Positions 62,702 through 64,000 of a stretch of DNA of 64,000 nt are shown here, piece by piece. The stretch lies in the NCBI RefSeq assembly GCF_009914755.1, contig NC_060927.1, one strand, 5' to 3'. The stretch is from the human T2T-CHM13v2.0 reference genome, Homo sapiens. How positions within the stretch are numbered: the first letter of the stretch is position 1; each line of letters starts with the position of its first letter. Both the position numbers and the translations under genes were made by a program. The notes beneath the pieces are model-generated. The model made no database searches. It saw nothing but the letters and a program-made list of their open reading frames with translations, and was not told where the DNA came from.

Positions 62702-64000
62702 TTAATGAACTTTGAGCAGATGAAGTACAGGAATTCAGGACACAGTGATACTGAACAGAAGGTGTTTCAGATTGCACCTCATCCCATTTCATTACCTCAG
62801 AATGTATTTAGTTTTTAAAATTATATTAATTACCATTACTAGACCTACAGTCTCTCGAATTGTATACAGGTTCTTTCACTTACTTAGCTTTAATGCATAG
62901 AATCTAATCTCCAAAATTATCATTATACACTATTAAATAATATCATCATAATGATGGCACTCTCTCACCTTTCATTGAAATTTTTATTATGGCTTAAGTT
63001 TTTAAACGAATTATGAATGGCAGTACTCCTCAAAAACCAAGAGAATATCATTTTAGTTAACAAAACATTACAACATCAACTTCATTACACTAGATGGCAG
63101 CAAACAATGAGAAGGGCCAAATACATAAAAGGAAACACATGGGTACCACATAAATATTGAAACACTGGAGTGAGTAGAGGCAATAGTAATATCTGGGAAA
63201 GAGAAATAAAGCTTCATCTTCACTGACTCTTGAACATTTTTCAAGATTTGTCATTAATTATTTCTTTATCCAATAAACATTGATAGATTATTAAATGCAT
63301 TGACAGATTAAGTAACAAATACATTGACAATAAATTAAACATTGATAGATTATTAAACAAAGACTATAACGAAGTGCTATGAGAGTATTTCTTCTGCTGA
63401 TTTTATAATTCTCCGATAGCAAGTACGGACTTAATTTGTTGCTTTTGTACAGGCAAAAACTGTATTTTTGTCTTTGAAGACTCCATGTTTTCCCACACAA
63501 CTTTGATACATAGCAAGTCCTCAGATTTTACACTCAGCTACTTACTAGTCTCCAATCATAATAATACACTCTCATATCTCTGTAGTTTGCATATGTTATT
63601 TCTCACATGTGGAAAGATGCCCAACCTTATACACACACACACACACACACAAAACCACAAACACAGACACCATCCCTTTCAAGTTCTTTCTTTTTTGCCA
63701 AGCCTTCAGTGACCATCATAAGCATATCAGTGCTCCCATAACGTTCTGAAAATGCCTATATTAGTGATAGTTCCATGTAATAGCATATTTGACTGCCTCC
63801 TCCCCTAGACTTTCAGCAGTATGTCATATTTTGGTATAGCCACCACCCAGCATTTCTCTCACAGAGTAGGCTTTCTGTAACATTTTGTTCAGTGATTTAG
63901 GTGTGTTATAGAAAGTCAAGCTTCTGTGTTTGAGGTCTGATTATGACTCATAAATGTAGGTACCAATATCTTTTGGTGTGGTAGCATATTGATAAGACTT

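Overview
Primate (very likely human) genomic DNA, roughly half interspersed repeats. It contains the 5' end of the p53 target gene ZMAT3 (WIG-1/PAG608) on the minus strand: a CpG-island promoter, non-coding exon 1 (about 29396-29610), a perfect p53 response element in intron 1 (27989-28008) and coding exon 2 (25283-25609). Bases 1-25282 are intron 2; bases above about 30300 are upstream intergenic DNA. The most notable object is an L1-mobilised HERV-W processed pseudogene in intron 2 (12392-17965, antisense to ZMAT3). It has an R-U5...U3-R-polyA structure, a 17-bp TSD and a spliced leader, and keeps an intact 363-aa MA-CA Gag ORF while NC, pro, pol and env are broken. From recall this matches the described 3q26.32 HERV-W gag locus, so the locus itself is probably not new. 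Details worth testing: an in-frame A-AAA-AAC slippery site exactly at the Gag frameshift, a 36-nt env island between two microhomology deletions, an AluYa5-like insertion, an overlapping uORF ahead of the ZMAT3 start, a tailless retrocopy of an unspliced pre-tRNA-Leu(CAA), a twin-primed L1 and two possible Alu gene-conversion events. No prokaryotic-type systems such as CRISPR are present. Repeat subfamily names are from recalled consensus sequences and boundaries are approximate.
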